Origin: a virus
Reading direction: 5' to 3' (one strand)
Length of the DNA: 64,000 nucleotides
IMG/VR virus record: IMGVR_UViG_3300011115_000716
Span: 26,053 to 90,052 of that record
Shown here: positions 1-9,254 of the stretch, piece after piece
How the letters are laid out: each line of letters starts with the position of its first letter
Numbering within the stretch: the first letter of the stretch is position 1
Made by a program: the position numbers and the translations under genes
Notes under the pieces: generated by a model
Told to the model about the DNA's origin: nothing
The model's input: only the letters and a program-made list of their open reading frames with translations
Databases searched by the model: none

Positions 1-155
1 GTGACAACGCATTTGGTCACGCAATCTCTCTACCAGTTGAGCTTCGTGACGGTGGTGTTCTGGACTTCGGTCGTGAACACGCACTAGCATGGTACGCCAT
101 CTGGGGTCTAGGTATCATTACCGACCAGGCTATCAACAAGGTTTACACCAACTAA
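1..155 (+). CDS. major capsid protein, C-terminal fragment (N4-gp56-like family)
   Basis: Frame from nt 3 reads DNAFGHAISLPVELRDGGVLDFGREHALAWYAIWGLGIITDQAINKVYTN*. The D-x-G-R...AWY pattern is typical of N4-gp56-type capsid C-termini. Not in the ORF track because it is truncated. Confidence 0.8.
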   Translation, partial: DNAFGHAISLPVELRDGGVLDFGREHALAWYAIWGLGIITDQAINKVYTN

Positions 156-174
156 TAGCCAAACCCTTCGTCGA

Positions 175-197
175 GGGGGGCCTCAAAAGGGCCCCCC
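175..197 (+). terminator. GC-rich stem-loop after capsid gene (no U-tract; attenuator or mRNA stabiliser)
   Basis: GGGGGGCCT-CAAAA-GGGCCCCCC. Confidence 0.6.
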
Positions 198-236
198 AAC
201 ACAAACAAACAAACTAAAACAAGGAGAATAAATATC

Positions 237-620
237 GTGGCAAATAAACCCACTAGTCCACAGGACACAACAGGACGCGCAGTAGAAGATGCTGCAAGGC
301 GTAACGCAGCTGAATTAGCTGCTCGCAAAGATGAAATTGCATTATCTCGTCAGGCAGAAGTTACAAGCCTAGAGAATGATGTATTCGACCCAAGACAACC
401 AGATGCTCCAATCTTGCTAGACGAGGTTGAGGAACTTGGTGTTAATGTCACTGCTGATGAGTTCGTTATCATCCGTACAATTTCAGACATTGAAGACATG
501 ACTTATGGTGTAGTAAACGGTGCTCCGCAGAACTTCACCTTTAAAGCCGGAGTTAAGTACAAGGTTCCAGTCGATTTGGCTTCATACCTTGCTCGTCTAG
601 GTTATACCTGGAAAGCTTAA
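237..620 (+). CDS. hypothetical protein following the capsid gene (head-associated?)
   Basis: GTG start with AAGGAG SD; position only. Confidence 0.7.
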   Translation: MANKPTSPQDTTGRAVEDAARRNAAELAARKDEIALSRQAEVTSLENDVFDPRQPDAPILLDEVEELGVNVTADEFVIIRTISDIEDMTYGVVNGAPQNFTFKAGVKYKVPVDLASYLARLGYTWKA

Positions 621-632
621 TTTCTTTAAACT

Positions 633-680
633 GTCCGTCCTGCTGGCCCCCGCCTCCTCGTCAGCAGGGCGGACTTTTTT
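633..680 (+). terminator. intrinsic terminator with a large C-rich loop
   Basis: GTCCGTCCTGCTGG-loop-TCAGCAGGGCGGAC followed by TTTTTT. Confidence 0.8.
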
Positions 681-738
681 ACGCTGTATTTACTCGTAAT
701 ATGCGAGAACATAAATATATAGAATTTTTGGAGGAGTA

Positions 739-2073
739 ATGGCTACTATTAACAGCCTAATCTCACGTGTTAGAGTTGAACTTGGCGACCTTGGTAAGAG
801 TTTTGTTACCCAGTTTGTTGCGGATGGTTCCACTAACCGTTTTAAGTTGCACTACGCTCCCCTAGACTCAACTACAGTAACAGTTCAAACTAAGTGGCTA
901 TCTAACGGTACTACGTATAATATTACTGCTAACTCTCATATTGAAGAATCTACCGGTGTTCTTGTTCTACTTCAAAATGACGGGGTTACTCCTTTAGTTC
1001 CTGCTGATGGCGATGAGATTACTGTAACTGGTAGCTACTACAGATACTTTACTGGTGCGGAACTAACTCAGCTTATTAATGATGCTTTTGTTCAACATTC
1101 TTTAAATGCTTTAGACAGCACGGGTCGTAAAGTTACTTTAGATAACTTGCCAGTTAATGAAGAGTACCCGTTAACTATCTACGCCGTAACTTTAGCTCTG
1201 TATACACTAGCTACAGACTCTGCTTTTGATATTGATATTTCTGCTCCAGATGGCGTAAGCATTCCTCGTTCTGAGCGTTATCGCCAGTTGATGGAAATGG
1301 TTCAAACTCGTCAATCTCAATACAGAGAACTTTGTGCTCTTATGGGTATTGGGCTATACCGTATTGAGGTATTTGACCTAAATAGAATTTCTAAGATGAC
1401 TAATCGTCTTATTCCTAGGTATCTTCCTCAAGAAGTTGATGACCGCTCATACCCACAGCGTGTCGATATTCCTGCCCCAACTCTTGGTAATAAGCCAACT
1501 ACTTGGCCTACAGAAGCTGGAGAAGTTACTGCTTATCAGGGCCGTGCGTTTACAACTTCTCTTACATTTAACGACAACTATGCTGGTAAGACTTTTATTG
1601 CCAACCTTCTAAACCAGCGGGGTTCAGTACTTGTAGTTCAGCCGTTTACTCTAAGTGTGTCAACAACTGATACAGATGTTATAACAGGTGCAGCTAGAAC
1701 TTCTGGAAGCACTACTGTAACTATAACTACAAGTGCAGCCCATGGGCTAATTGCAGGAACTGCTATTGTCATTACTGGTGTTGACGCTACTGTTAATGGT
1801 GGTGGTACGGTAGTTGCTGCCCCAACACCTACAACGTTCACCGTTACTAGCACAGTTACTACTGCTCTTTCTTTGACTGGTCTTACTGGTCAAGTTGAAA
1901 CTAATGCAGCTAAGAATTACACATTTACATTAAGCTTTACTGCTGACCAAACATTACGTTTGGCAGAGCGTACCTATTGGTCCCTTTCTACTGTAGATGC
2001 ATTTACTGCTGCTCAAGTTGAGATTAAGGGCGGAAACTTCTTTACAGTTCGTAGCAGCACGGTGGTGCTGTAA
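739..2073 (+). CDS. virion structural protein, probable head-tail adaptor with an appended beta-rich domain
   Basis: GGAGGAG SD; N-terminal 'LISRVRVELGD' adaptor-like helix; Thr-rich C-terminal module. Confidence 0.55.
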   Translation: MATINSLISRVRVELGDLGKSFVTQFVADGSTNRFKLHYAPLDSTTVTVQTKWLSNGTTYNITANSHIEESTGVLVLLQNDGVTPLVPADGDEITVTGSYYRYFTGAELTQLINDAFVQHSLNALDSTGRKVTLDNLPVNEEYPLTIYAVTLALYTLATDSAFDIDISAPDGVSIPRSERYRQLMEMVQTRQSQYRELCALMGIGLYRIEVFDLNRISKMTNRLIPRYLPQEVDDRSYPQRVDIPAPTLGNKPTTWPTEAGEVTAYQGRAFTTSLTFNDNYAGKTFIANLLNQRGSVLVVQPFTLSVSTTDTDVITGAARTSGSTTVTITTSAAHGLIAGTAIVITGVDATVNGGGTVVAAPTPTTFTVTSTVTTALSLTGLTGQVETNAAKNYTFTLSFTADQTLRLAERTYWSLSTVDAFTAAQVEIKGGNFFTVRSSTVVL

Positions 2074-2074
2074 A

Positions 2075-2500
2075 ATGACTATTTACCCAGAAAAAGATGT
2101 TGCTTTACTGCAACAACCAAATGAAACTATTGTAAATTATGATAGCGCGTATTTTTCTGTTCCTAATGACCAAGCTCAGCCTGAGGTAGATACTGCACTA
2201 TTGCCAGGTGTTCCTGGGCAACGTGGTCCTGCTGGACCTACTGGACCTACTGGACCTACTGGACCTACTGGACCTACTGGTGCTACTGGTGCAACTGGAA
2301 CTTCAGGTGGTTTTTTAACATTCACACAAAATGCAGTTTCTACTACATGGACTATAACTCATGCTCTTGGGTATTACCCAGCGGTTACAACAACTGATTC
2401 AGCAAATACAGTAATAGACGGTACAATCTCTTATCCATCTCTAACTTCAGTAGTAGTAACTTTTGGTATTGCTACCAGCGGCTTTGCTTATCTATCTTAG
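2075..2500 (+). CDS. collagen-like (G-X-Y) repeat fibre/whisker protein
   Basis: GPT/GAT repeats followed by 'TWTITHALGYYPAV'; ATG at 2075 directly after the upstream stop preferred to the ORF-track start. Confidence 0.75.
   Translation: MTIYPEKDVALLQQPNETIVNYDSAYFSVPNDQAQPEVDTALLPGVPGQRGPAGPTGPTGPTGPTGPTGATGATGTSGGFLTFTQNAVSTTWTITHALGYYPAVTTTDSANTVIDGTISYPSLTSVVVTFGIATSGFAYLS
2232..2276 (+). repeat. 9-bp tandem repeat CTGGACCTA x5 encoding (GPT)n
   Basis: read directly from the sequence. Confidence 0.95.
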
Positions 2501-2508
2501 GAAAATAA

Positions 2509-3861
2509 ATGGCTAGAAAATTTTTAACCCCAATTGACCTCACTAAACTTGAGATTCAAAATGTGGCCCTACAGAACCTTGGCTCAGACCCAGGTACGCC
2601 AGCTACTGGTCAAATCTACTTTAATACTGGCGGTTCAGTTAAAGTTTACAGCGGCTCTTCTTGGCTAACTCTTAGCACTACTGGTGGAACTGTTACGTCT
2701 GTAACTGGTACTTCTCCGGTCGTATCTAGCGGAGGAACTACTCCGGCTATCTCTCTAGCTTCTGGTTACGGTGATACCTTAAACCCTTATGCCGCTAAAA
2801 CAAATAACTACGTTTTGGCTGGTGCTGCTTCTGGTGCCTCAACTACGCCAACATTCCGCGCTTTAGTTGCTGCTGATATTCCGACCCCCCTTAACGCAAC
2901 TACTTTTAGCGGCGCTATTGCTATGGGTACCAACAAAATTACTGGGCTTGGAGACCCTTCAGCTGCTCAAGACGCTGCTACTAAAGCATATGTAGACACT
3001 ATTGCCACTGGTATTAACGCTCACGAGGCTGTGTCTTACGCTTCAACTGCAAACATTACAGGAACTTATGCAAACGGTACTGCTGGTGTAGGAGCAACTC
3101 TTACAGGAACTGGCTCTCTGGTAATTGATGGGTATACTTTTGTTTCTGGTGACGCAGGTACAAACGTTGCAGGTGGAACTGGTATTAGAGTCTTATTGAA
3201 AGACCAAACCAATACTGACCAAAATGGTATTTACGCCCTAACTGCTTGTGTTTCTACGACTAGCTGGACACTTACCCGTGCCTATGACTATGACGCCCTT
3301 GGTGAAGTAGCCGCTGGTGACTTTACCTATGTGCTTCTTGGAACCGCAAACACTAAGTTTACTTTTGTTGAAACTAGCAAACCTGCCGCTATTAGCGGTG
3401 TTGGCACTGCCCTTAACGCTATTACCTTTGGCGTATTTGCTAACGGTAACCTTAGCGGTATTGTAACGGGTACTCAAGGCGGTACTGGCATAAACAATGG
3501 TTCTAAAACTATTACTATTAGCGGTAACGTTACTATTGGTTCTAGCACAGATACCGTTGCATTTGCAACTGGTGGTGCTACTACCGTAACTTTGCCTACT
3601 AGCGGTACTCTACTTACCTCAGCAACTGCTGTTACTGCTGGGTTTACTAAAAAAGCAGCCAGTACTGTTGCTCTTACAGCAAACACACAGGCTACTATTA
3701 ACCACGCATTAGGAACTCAAGCAGTTATTGTACAAATGTATGAAACAACTTCTAGCCTTCCAACTAATTTAGTGGATATGGACGTGGTAGCATTTGACAC
3801 AAACAACGTAAAAGTTACTTCTCAAACTGGCGGAACATACTACTACGTAATTATTGGATAA
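2509..3861 (+). CDS. tail fibre / virion fibre protein
   Basis: 'NKITGLGDPSAAQDAATKAYVD' and 'RVLLKDQTNTDQNGIY' fibre motifs; G/T/A-rich. Confidence 0.7.
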   Translation: MARKFLTPIDLTKLEIQNVALQNLGSDPGTPATGQIYFNTGGSVKVYSGSSWLTLSTTGGTVTSVTGTSPVVSSGGTTPAISLASGYGDTLNPYAAKTNNYVLAGAASGASTTPTFRALVAADIPTPLNATTFSGAIAMGTNKITGLGDPSAAQDAATKAYVDTIATGINAHEAVSYASTANITGTYANGTAGVGATLTGTGSLVIDGYTFVSGDAGTNVAGGTGIRVLLKDQTNTDQNGIYALTACVSTTSWTLTRAYDYDALGEVAAGDFTYVLLGTANTKFTFVETSKPAAISGVGTALNAITFGVFANGNLSGIVTGTQGGTGINNGSKTITISGNVTIGSSTDTVAFATGGATTVTLPTSGTLLTSATAVTAGFTKKAASTVALTANTQATINHALGTQAVIVQMYETTSSLPTNLVDMDVVAFDTNNVKVTSQTGGTYYYVIIG

Positions 3862-3864
3862 TAA

Positions 3865-5373
3865 ATGACTAAAAAGATATTAACTGATTTAGATGCTACT
3901 GGGCGTACAATAACTGTCGCTACCCTTACTGGAACCACTGGAACCACATTGGCTATTTCACAACCTTCTGTTTCTGCTGCTACTGGCAATGGCATAACAA
4001 TTACTGGAGGAAGTACCACACTCGCTTCTGGAAGTCCTATTGGCGGTTCTGTATTAATTACAGGTGGTGCACAGACAAATGGAACAATTTCTTCTGGAAC
4101 TGGTGGTCCAGTAACTATTACTGGTGGTGCTGGCGGTGCTAACTCTACTGGTGGAAGTATCTCTCTAATTGCTGGTGCGTCTGCAGGTGGAAATGGGTCT
4201 ATTAATATTGGTACATCAAATACTTCTTCCATAAACATTGGACTTACTTCACCTGCAACAATTACAAACATTTCTGGAACGCTTCAACTTGCTGGAACAG
4301 GTTTAACAACTACTGCTTCAAAATTAAACTATTTAACTTCAGCAACAGGAACAACTGGAACAAATACTACTAACATTGTATTTTCGACATCACCAATTTT
4401 TGCGACATCTGTAATTGGTTCTGCATCTATGGATGTATTTAATACTATTAGCACAGCAATTAACTTTGGTGGAGCAACAACTGGTACATCAACTTCAACA
4501 GGTTTAGTTATTGGTTCTACTGCTACTGGTGCTACATCTTGGACTAATATTGCTACCGCTGCTTTGACAGGTGCTTTTACTAAAAACGTAAATATTGGTA
4601 CTGGTGGTACAACAGGTTCAACCACAACAATTAATATTGGTTCAACAGTTGGTTCTACAACTACAATAAATGGAACTGGGACTATGACTGGTGCCTTAGT
4701 TCTTGCTCTTGGAACGAACGCTCCATTAATACCTTTAAAATTTCTTACCAATACTACAACCCCAACTGCTGTTGCTGGTGGTATGGATTATGACGGAACG
4801 GTATTTTATCAAACACCTAATGCAACTTCAGGTAGAGCAGTTGACGTAGACGCTTATTATTATGCTAATAGTGCTTCATATACCATGGATTTTTCTACAG
4901 ATGCAACTGCTAAAAGCGTTTTGGGTTCATCTACCGCAGGAATTACAGTTGCGGCAGGAACAACGTATGAATATGAACTATATTTTACTTTTAGAGGTTC
5001 TTATGGGCTCACTGGTGCTCAAACACCTACGTTTGGATTTACTTCAACCACGGTAACCCTTTCCCCAGTTGTAGCCTATAACCATTTTATTGAAACGGGC
5101 TCTAATACAACAGGATACACAACAGGAACATCTTTAACTGCAACTCAAACAACAACGACTAGAGCATTGACAGCCTTGACCGTAGGCTCTGTCTATTATT
5201 TTATTAAATCTAGGGGCATTATTAGAGTTACAGGCACAGGAACAGTAAAAATCTATCCATCAATTTCAGCAAATGCCGCAAATGCTGATAATACTTGGAC
5301 TTCTCCTGCTGGAACAATTTTTAAATTAACACCAATTGGTAATGGAACAGTAACAGCAGTGGGAATTGCGTAA
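3865..5373 (+). CDS. Gly/Thr-rich fibre protein
   Basis: repeated 'I-T-I-T-GG' and 'INIG' beta-strand motifs. Confidence 0.6.
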   Translation: MTKKILTDLDATGRTITVATLTGTTGTTLAISQPSVSAATGNGITITGGSTTLASGSPIGGSVLITGGAQTNGTISSGTGGPVTITGGAGGANSTGGSISLIAGASAGGNGSINIGTSNTSSINIGLTSPATITNISGTLQLAGTGLTTTASKLNYLTSATGTTGTNTTNIVFSTSPIFATSVIGSASMDVFNTISTAINFGGATTGTSTSTGLVIGSTATGATSWTNIATAALTGAFTKNVNIGTGGTTGSTTTINIGSTVGSTTTINGTGTMTGALVLALGTNAPLIPLKFLTNTTTPTAVAGGMDYDGTVFYQTPNATSGRAVDVDAYYYANSASYTMDFSTDATAKSVLGSSTAGITVAAGTTYEYELYFTFRGSYGLTGAQTPTFGFTSTTVTLSPVVAYNHFIETGSNTTGYTTGTSLTATQTTTTRALTALTVGSVYYFIKSRGIIRVTGTGTVKIYPSISANAANADNTWTSPAGTIFKLTPIGNGTVTAVGIA

Positions 5374-5411
5374 CAGACTAAGTTAAGCCTCTACTGGGCT
5401 AAATAAACATT

Positions 5412-5423
5412 TAGAATAGGGTT
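5412..5423 (+). promoter_or_regulatory. -10 box for a leaderless transcript
   Basis: TAGAAT (5412-5417) 6 nt upstream of ATG 5424; no clear SD. Confidence 0.45.
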
Positions 5424-6062
5424 ATGCCTAGAAAAACACTCATACAAATACGCAGAGACACTTCCTCTAACTGGACATCCATTAATCCAGTACTTGCCAA
5501 GGGTGAGTCTGGCCTAGAAACAGATACTAACCGTACAAAAATTGGTAATGGAGTATCTACTTGGACTCAGCTTGTGTATCAAAATGTTCCTTTTTATGGA
5601 GCATTTCAAGATAACACAACACAAACAATTGCTAGTACTACAGTTGCTTATGCAGTAAAGCTTACGGAAACAGACTTTAGAAATGGAGTATCTGTTGTTA
5701 CTAATGGGTCAGCACTTACTAGAATAACGTTTGATTATGCTGGGTTGTATAACCTTCAATGGAGTGGTCAGTTTACTAATGCCAATAGTGCTGCTCAAGA
5801 TGTAACTGTTTGGTTAAGAAAATCTGGTACTGATGTTACAGGAAGTTCTGGGCACATTACAGTCCCCAGTAAACATGGGTCAGTGCCTGGGGCTACAATT
5901 AGCTCTTGGAACTACTTTATACAGGTTACGGCTGGTCAGTATGTAGAGCTTATCTGGCACGCAGATAGCACTGATGTAGCACTAAGTTATTATGCTACTG
6001 GAACTTTGCCAACTACACCAGCAACAGCATCTGTTATTTTAACAGTTCAGCAAGTAGCCTAA
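5424..6062 (+). CDS. fibre protein with Mtd_N/hyaluronidase-type N-terminal anchor
   Basis: 'IQIRRDTSSNWTSINPVLAKGESGLETDT..KIGNG...W..L.Y'. Confidence 0.7.
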   Translation: MPRKTLIQIRRDTSSNWTSINPVLAKGESGLETDTNRTKIGNGVSTWTQLVYQNVPFYGAFQDNTTQTIASTTVAYAVKLTETDFRNGVSVVTNGSALTRITFDYAGLYNLQWSGQFTNANSAAQDVTVWLRKSGTDVTGSSGHITVPSKHGSVPGATISSWNYFIQVTAGQYVELIWHADSTDVALSYYATGTLPTTPATASVILTVQQVA

Positions 6063-6105
6063 TTAAATTAGCCTTAAAATAAGATTATATAGATAAGGAT
6101 TTATA

Positions 6106-7068
6106 ATGCCTGCAAATACCGTGATTAAGCTTAGAGCTGGTACTCAATCAGAGTGGTCAGCCACATCTAAAACTAAAACACTTACTGGTGCTGCAATAGC
6201 CACCCCTAGTGCTACCGTTACAGTTGTGAGGTACACAGCAGCTAGCCATAGTTTTGTAGTTGGAAACAGAGTCACTATTACTGGAATTACTGTTTCTAGC
6301 GGAAGTGCAACTCCTTATAATATTGCTGGTGGCGTAATTTACGCTGTTGCTGCTGGTACTTTTGATATTAAAGTTGACCAAGGAACTGTTGCAGGAACAT
6401 ATAGCTCTGGTGGTACGGCAACCCTAGTAGTACTTGCTAAGGGTGAAACTGGGTTTATAACTGACTCTAATAGTTTAAAAATTGGAGATGGCAGCAGTGC
6501 TTGGGAAGTTCTTCCTTATCCTAATCAACCTATGTACCAACATCTTGGTACTCTTAAAACTGTTGCTGGAAGTTCAAATGTTCAAAATTTATTTTTGAAT
6601 AAACTGGCATTAAATGCAAACACTGTTTACTATTTTCAAATTCAAGGCACTATAAATGGAATTGATAACACAGTTGGATTAAAGTTTGGGTTTAATCAAA
6701 CAAGCATGACTGCCTGGACTTATGCAAGGTATAACTGGAATTGCGGCGTCCGAGCTGCAGTAGGTAGTGGTGGTACTGTTTATTACTCTACTTCAACTAA
6801 AACATTTGCTGGAAGCAATGCTGGAAGTGCTGATGCAACCTCAATACTTGTTGAACTTCTACCTTCCACAGCCATAGACACCGATACAGTATTTTTTACT
6901 ATTACTGGAACTATTAGAACTGATAATGGAGATTCGTATTTTCAACCACAAATCCAATTTACAACTAGTCCCGGAACTGGATTGAGCCTACTTGCTGGAA
7001 GCTACGCTATGATTCAACCATTGGGTCCATCTTCAATTGATTCCGTAGGTAACTGGGTATCTAACTAA
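6106..7068 (+). CDS. fibre protein with a split Mtd_N-type anchor
   Basis: 'IKLRAGTQSEW' ... about 90-aa insert ... 'VLAKGETGFITDSNSLKIGDGSSAWEVLPY'. Confidence 0.65.
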   Translation: MPANTVIKLRAGTQSEWSATSKTKTLTGAAIATPSATVTVVRYTAASHSFVVGNRVTITGITVSSGSATPYNIAGGVIYAVAAGTFDIKVDQGTVAGTYSSGGTATLVVLAKGETGFITDSNSLKIGDGSSAWEVLPYPNQPMYQHLGTLKTVAGSSNVQNLFLNKLALNANTVYYFQIQGTINGIDNTVGLKFGFNQTSMTAWTYARYNWNCGVRAAVGSGGTVYYSTSTKTFAGSNAGSADATSILVELLPSTAIDTDTVFFTITGTIRTDNGDSYFQPQIQFTTSPGTGLSLLAGSYAMIQPLGPSSIDSVGNWVSN

Positions 7069-7670
7069 TGCGTGGAAATAAAATCCAAGGTAGATTTGAC
7101 CTAGATTACGAAACCCTCTCTATGTATGAGGGTATTGCTGAGGATTTAGGTGGGACAGTAGGTGTTGACGTAGATTGGTGGCGTTGGCAAGACTACTACC
7201 TACAAGATAACTACACAACTATTGTTGATGACATCTACGATGTAGGCAGCTCTGTCACTGGCGGTGGACGTCGGTGGATGCTCCCATTTAAGTTCCCTGT
7301 TGTTATGGCACAGTTTGTTCGTGGTACTAACGTAATGAACCAAAGAGGTTTCTATGTTACAGACACTTTACGACTGGTTATTAGCGCTGGAGATGCAGAA
7401 CGACTTCTACCTAGTCTTTTAACTAACTCTAACAACCACATTAAAGACCGAATAGTATATCGTGGCGAAGTGTTTGTTCCAACCCGAGTTTTGCCACGTG
7501 GTTCCTTTGGGTACAACTGGGCTGTAGTGACTATTGACTGCAACCAAATGAACGCTGAGGAACTTGTTAATGACCCTCAATTCCTTAAATACGCTACCCC
7601 AGCATTGGCTGAGGCTAGAACTATTGGCTATGGTTATGGTGACTATGGCTCTGACCCTTATGGAGAGTAA
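7068..7670 (+). CDS. structural protein, possible head-closure/stopper
   Basis: beta-rich; 'KDRIVYRGEVF' resembles stopper proteins; position in the structural cluster. Confidence 0.45.
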   Translation: MRGNKIQGRFDLDYETLSMYEGIAEDLGGTVGVDVDWWRWQDYYLQDNYTTIVDDIYDVGSSVTGGGRRWMLPFKFPVVMAQFVRGTNVMNQRGFYVTDTLRLVISAGDAERLLPSLLTNSNNHIKDRIVYRGEVFVPTRVLPRGSFGYNWAVVTIDCNQMNAEELVNDPQFLKYATPALAEARTIGYGYGDYGSDPYGE

Positions 7671-7672
7671 AA

Positions 7673-7888
7673 ATGCCACTTGTTAAACCTACAGTAGGAC
7701 AGACCGCTTGGGGTACTACCTTAAACACTGCCCTTGATTATTTAGACACAAAAGTAGGACCGTGGGTAACAGTGCCTGCAACCGCTACTTCTACTGGAGT
7801 TGCAGGCCAAGTAGCCTACGCTTCAGGATTCTTGTACGTATGTGTTGCAACCAACACCTGGAAAAGAACCGCTTTAACAAGCTGGTAA
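7673..7888 (+). CDS. small virion decoration/fibre-type protein
   Basis: 'VPATATSTGVAGQVAYASGFLYVCVATNTWKR' motif typical of phage fibre tips. Confidence 0.6.
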   Translation: MPLVKPTVGQTAWGTTLNTALDYLDTKVGPWVTVPATATSTGVAGQVAYASGFLYVCVATNTWKRTALTSW

Positions 7889-7889
7889 T

Positions 7890-8012
7890 ATGCCTTTTCT
7901 ATCTCAAGCCCAACGTGCATGGATGTACGCTAATAAGCCTAAGATGGCTAAAGAATGGGAAAAGCATACCAAAAAAAAGAAATTAGTTAAGAAGGTAAAA
8001 CATGACAACTAA
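7890..8012 (+). CDS. small basic protein (40 aa)
   Basis: MPFLSQAQRAWMYANKPKMAKEWEKHTKKKKLVKKVKHDN; below the ORF-track cutoff; starts 1 nt after the upstream stop. Confidence 0.75.
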   Translation: MPFLSQAQRAWMYANKPKMAKEWEKHTKKKKLVKKVKHDN

Positions 8013-8160
8013 ACACGTTAAAATTGCTAAACCTAAGACTTCCCGTCCTAAAAAAAATGGTAAGGCTCCTGTGACAGTTAAGGCTCATCACACTGCTAAA
8101 GTTGCTAAAATTAAAGGCAAGAAACCTGTAAATACTAAGTCTAACTACGGAGTAAACTAA
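8002..8160 (+). CDS. small Lys-rich protein (52 aa)
   Basis: MTTKHVKIAKPKTSRPKK...NYGVN; AAGG SD; TAATG overlap with the next gene. Confidence 0.7.
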   Translation: MTTKHVKIAKPKTSRPKKNGKAPVTVKAHHTAKVAKIKGKKPVNTKSNYGVN

Positions 8161-8294
8161 TGCCACGTAAAGCTAAAACTAACGAAACAAATACTAAGGA
8201 CCACATTGGACGTGGAGGAAAAACTGTTCTTCCTAGACATGCCGGTAAGATAACAAAGCCCGCTAAGCACATGGGAACTCGAAAGGGTAGATAA
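8160..8294 (+). CDS. small basic protein (44 aa)
   Basis: MPRKAKTNE...TRKGR; TAATG overlaps at both ends. Confidence 0.7.
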   Translation: MPRKAKTNETNTKDHIGRGGKTVLPRHAGKITKPAKHMGTRKGR

Positions 8295-8599
8295 TGGCTA
8301 CTCCAGCATGGACTCGTAAAGAAGGTAAAAACCCTAAAGGCGGACTAAATGCCAAGGGACGCGCATCTGCAAAAGCAAGTGGGCATAACCTTAAAGCTCC
8401 AGTGAAGAGCGGAAACAACCCTCGTAGAGCCTCTTTCCTGGCCCGTATGGCGGGTAATCCTGGACCTGAACACAAGCCTAACGGAGAGCCTACACGCCTC
8501 CTACTGTCCTTACAGGCCTGGGGGGCATCATCTAAGGCCGATGCACGTAAGAAAGCTGCAGCTATCCGTAAGCATAATGAAGGTAAGAAACATGGCTAA
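8294..8599 (+). CDS. basic protein, DUF6321-like
   Basis: 'AWTRKEGKNPKGGLNAKGRAS...RRASFLARM.G...RLLLSLQAWG'. Confidence 0.7.
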   Translation: MATPAWTRKEGKNPKGGLNAKGRASAKASGHNLKAPVKSGNNPRRASFLARMAGNPGPEHKPNGEPTRLLLSLQAWGASSKADARKKAAAIRKHNEGKKHG

Positions 8600-8849
8600 A
8601 GTAACCGCTGGTGGCCTAAAGCACAGAGTTACTAAGAAAAAAGAAGACCGTGGTGCGGGTGATAGAGGCGACATAATTGTTGAACAAACCAGTGAGTCTG
8701 GTAAAAAAGAACGTATGAATCTTACTAGACTTGCAGGAGCTAAAACTGTAAAACAGGGTGTAAAAGCTACTAAGGCTTATCACAAAAAACACCCTGAGAT
8801 TGGTAAAGGTAAGCGTAATGGCCGCAAAACCACCAGCAAAAAAAAGTAA
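8592..8849 (+). CDS. small basic protein
   Basis: MAKVTAGGLKHRVTKK...; start at 8592 preferred. Confidence 0.7.
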   Translation: MAKVTAGGLKHRVTKKKEDRGAGDRGDIIVEQTSESGKKERMNLTRLAGAKTVKQGVKATKAYHKKHPEIGKGKRNGRKTTSKKK

Positions 8850-9018
8850 ATCTAAGGTTAATGAAGCTGGCAACTACACCAAGCCCGAGCTTCGTAAGTC
8901 ATTGTTTAAAAAGATTAAAGCCGGTACTAAGGGCGGTGACCCAGGCGAATGGTCTGCCCGTAAGGCACAACTTCTAGCTGCTGAGTATAAGAAGGCTGGC
9001 GGAGGCTACAAGAACTAA
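8818..9018 (+). CDS. basic protein, N-terminal half of a DUF5872-like family
   Basis: 'YTKPELRK..F.KIKAG.KGG.PGEWSARKAQLLA.EYKKAGGGY'. Confidence 0.7.
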   Translation: MAAKPPAKKSKSKVNEAGNYTKPELRKSLFKKIKAGTKGGDPGEWSARKAQLLAAEYKKAGGGYKN

Positions 9019-9254
9019 TGGCTAAAGCAAAACCTCAACAAGACTTAGACAAGTGGACTAAGGAAAAATGGAGAACCTCAGATGGTAAGCCGTCTAAGGG
9101 TAAAAAGCGCTATCTTCCTTCAGCTGCTTGGAATGACCTGACTCCTGCTGAAAAACGTGCTACAAATAGAGCTAAGGCTAAAGGAAACAAAAAAGGTAAG
9201 CAGTTTGTTGCTCAGCCAAAGAAAATTGCTAGGAAGACAGCGAGACACAGATAA
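9018..9254 (+). CDS. basic protein, C-terminal half of a DUF5872-like family
   Basis: 'QQDLDKWTKEKWRT.DG...RYLP..AW..L...EKRATNRAK...GKQFV'. Confidence 0.7.
   Translation: MAKAKPQQDLDKWTKEKWRTSDGKPSKGKKRYLPSAAWNDLTPAEKRATNRAKAKGNKKGKQFVAQPKKIARKTARHR

Noticed and set aside
2232-2300. Tandem repeat as a possible CRISPR or mobile-element signal
   Set aside because: It is a 9-bp unit without spacers, fully explained by the collagen (GPT)n coding sequence.
5424-7068. Mtd_N-containing fibres as targets of a diversity-generating retroelement
   Set aside because: No reverse transcriptase or adenine-variant TR/VR repeat pair was seen in the window.
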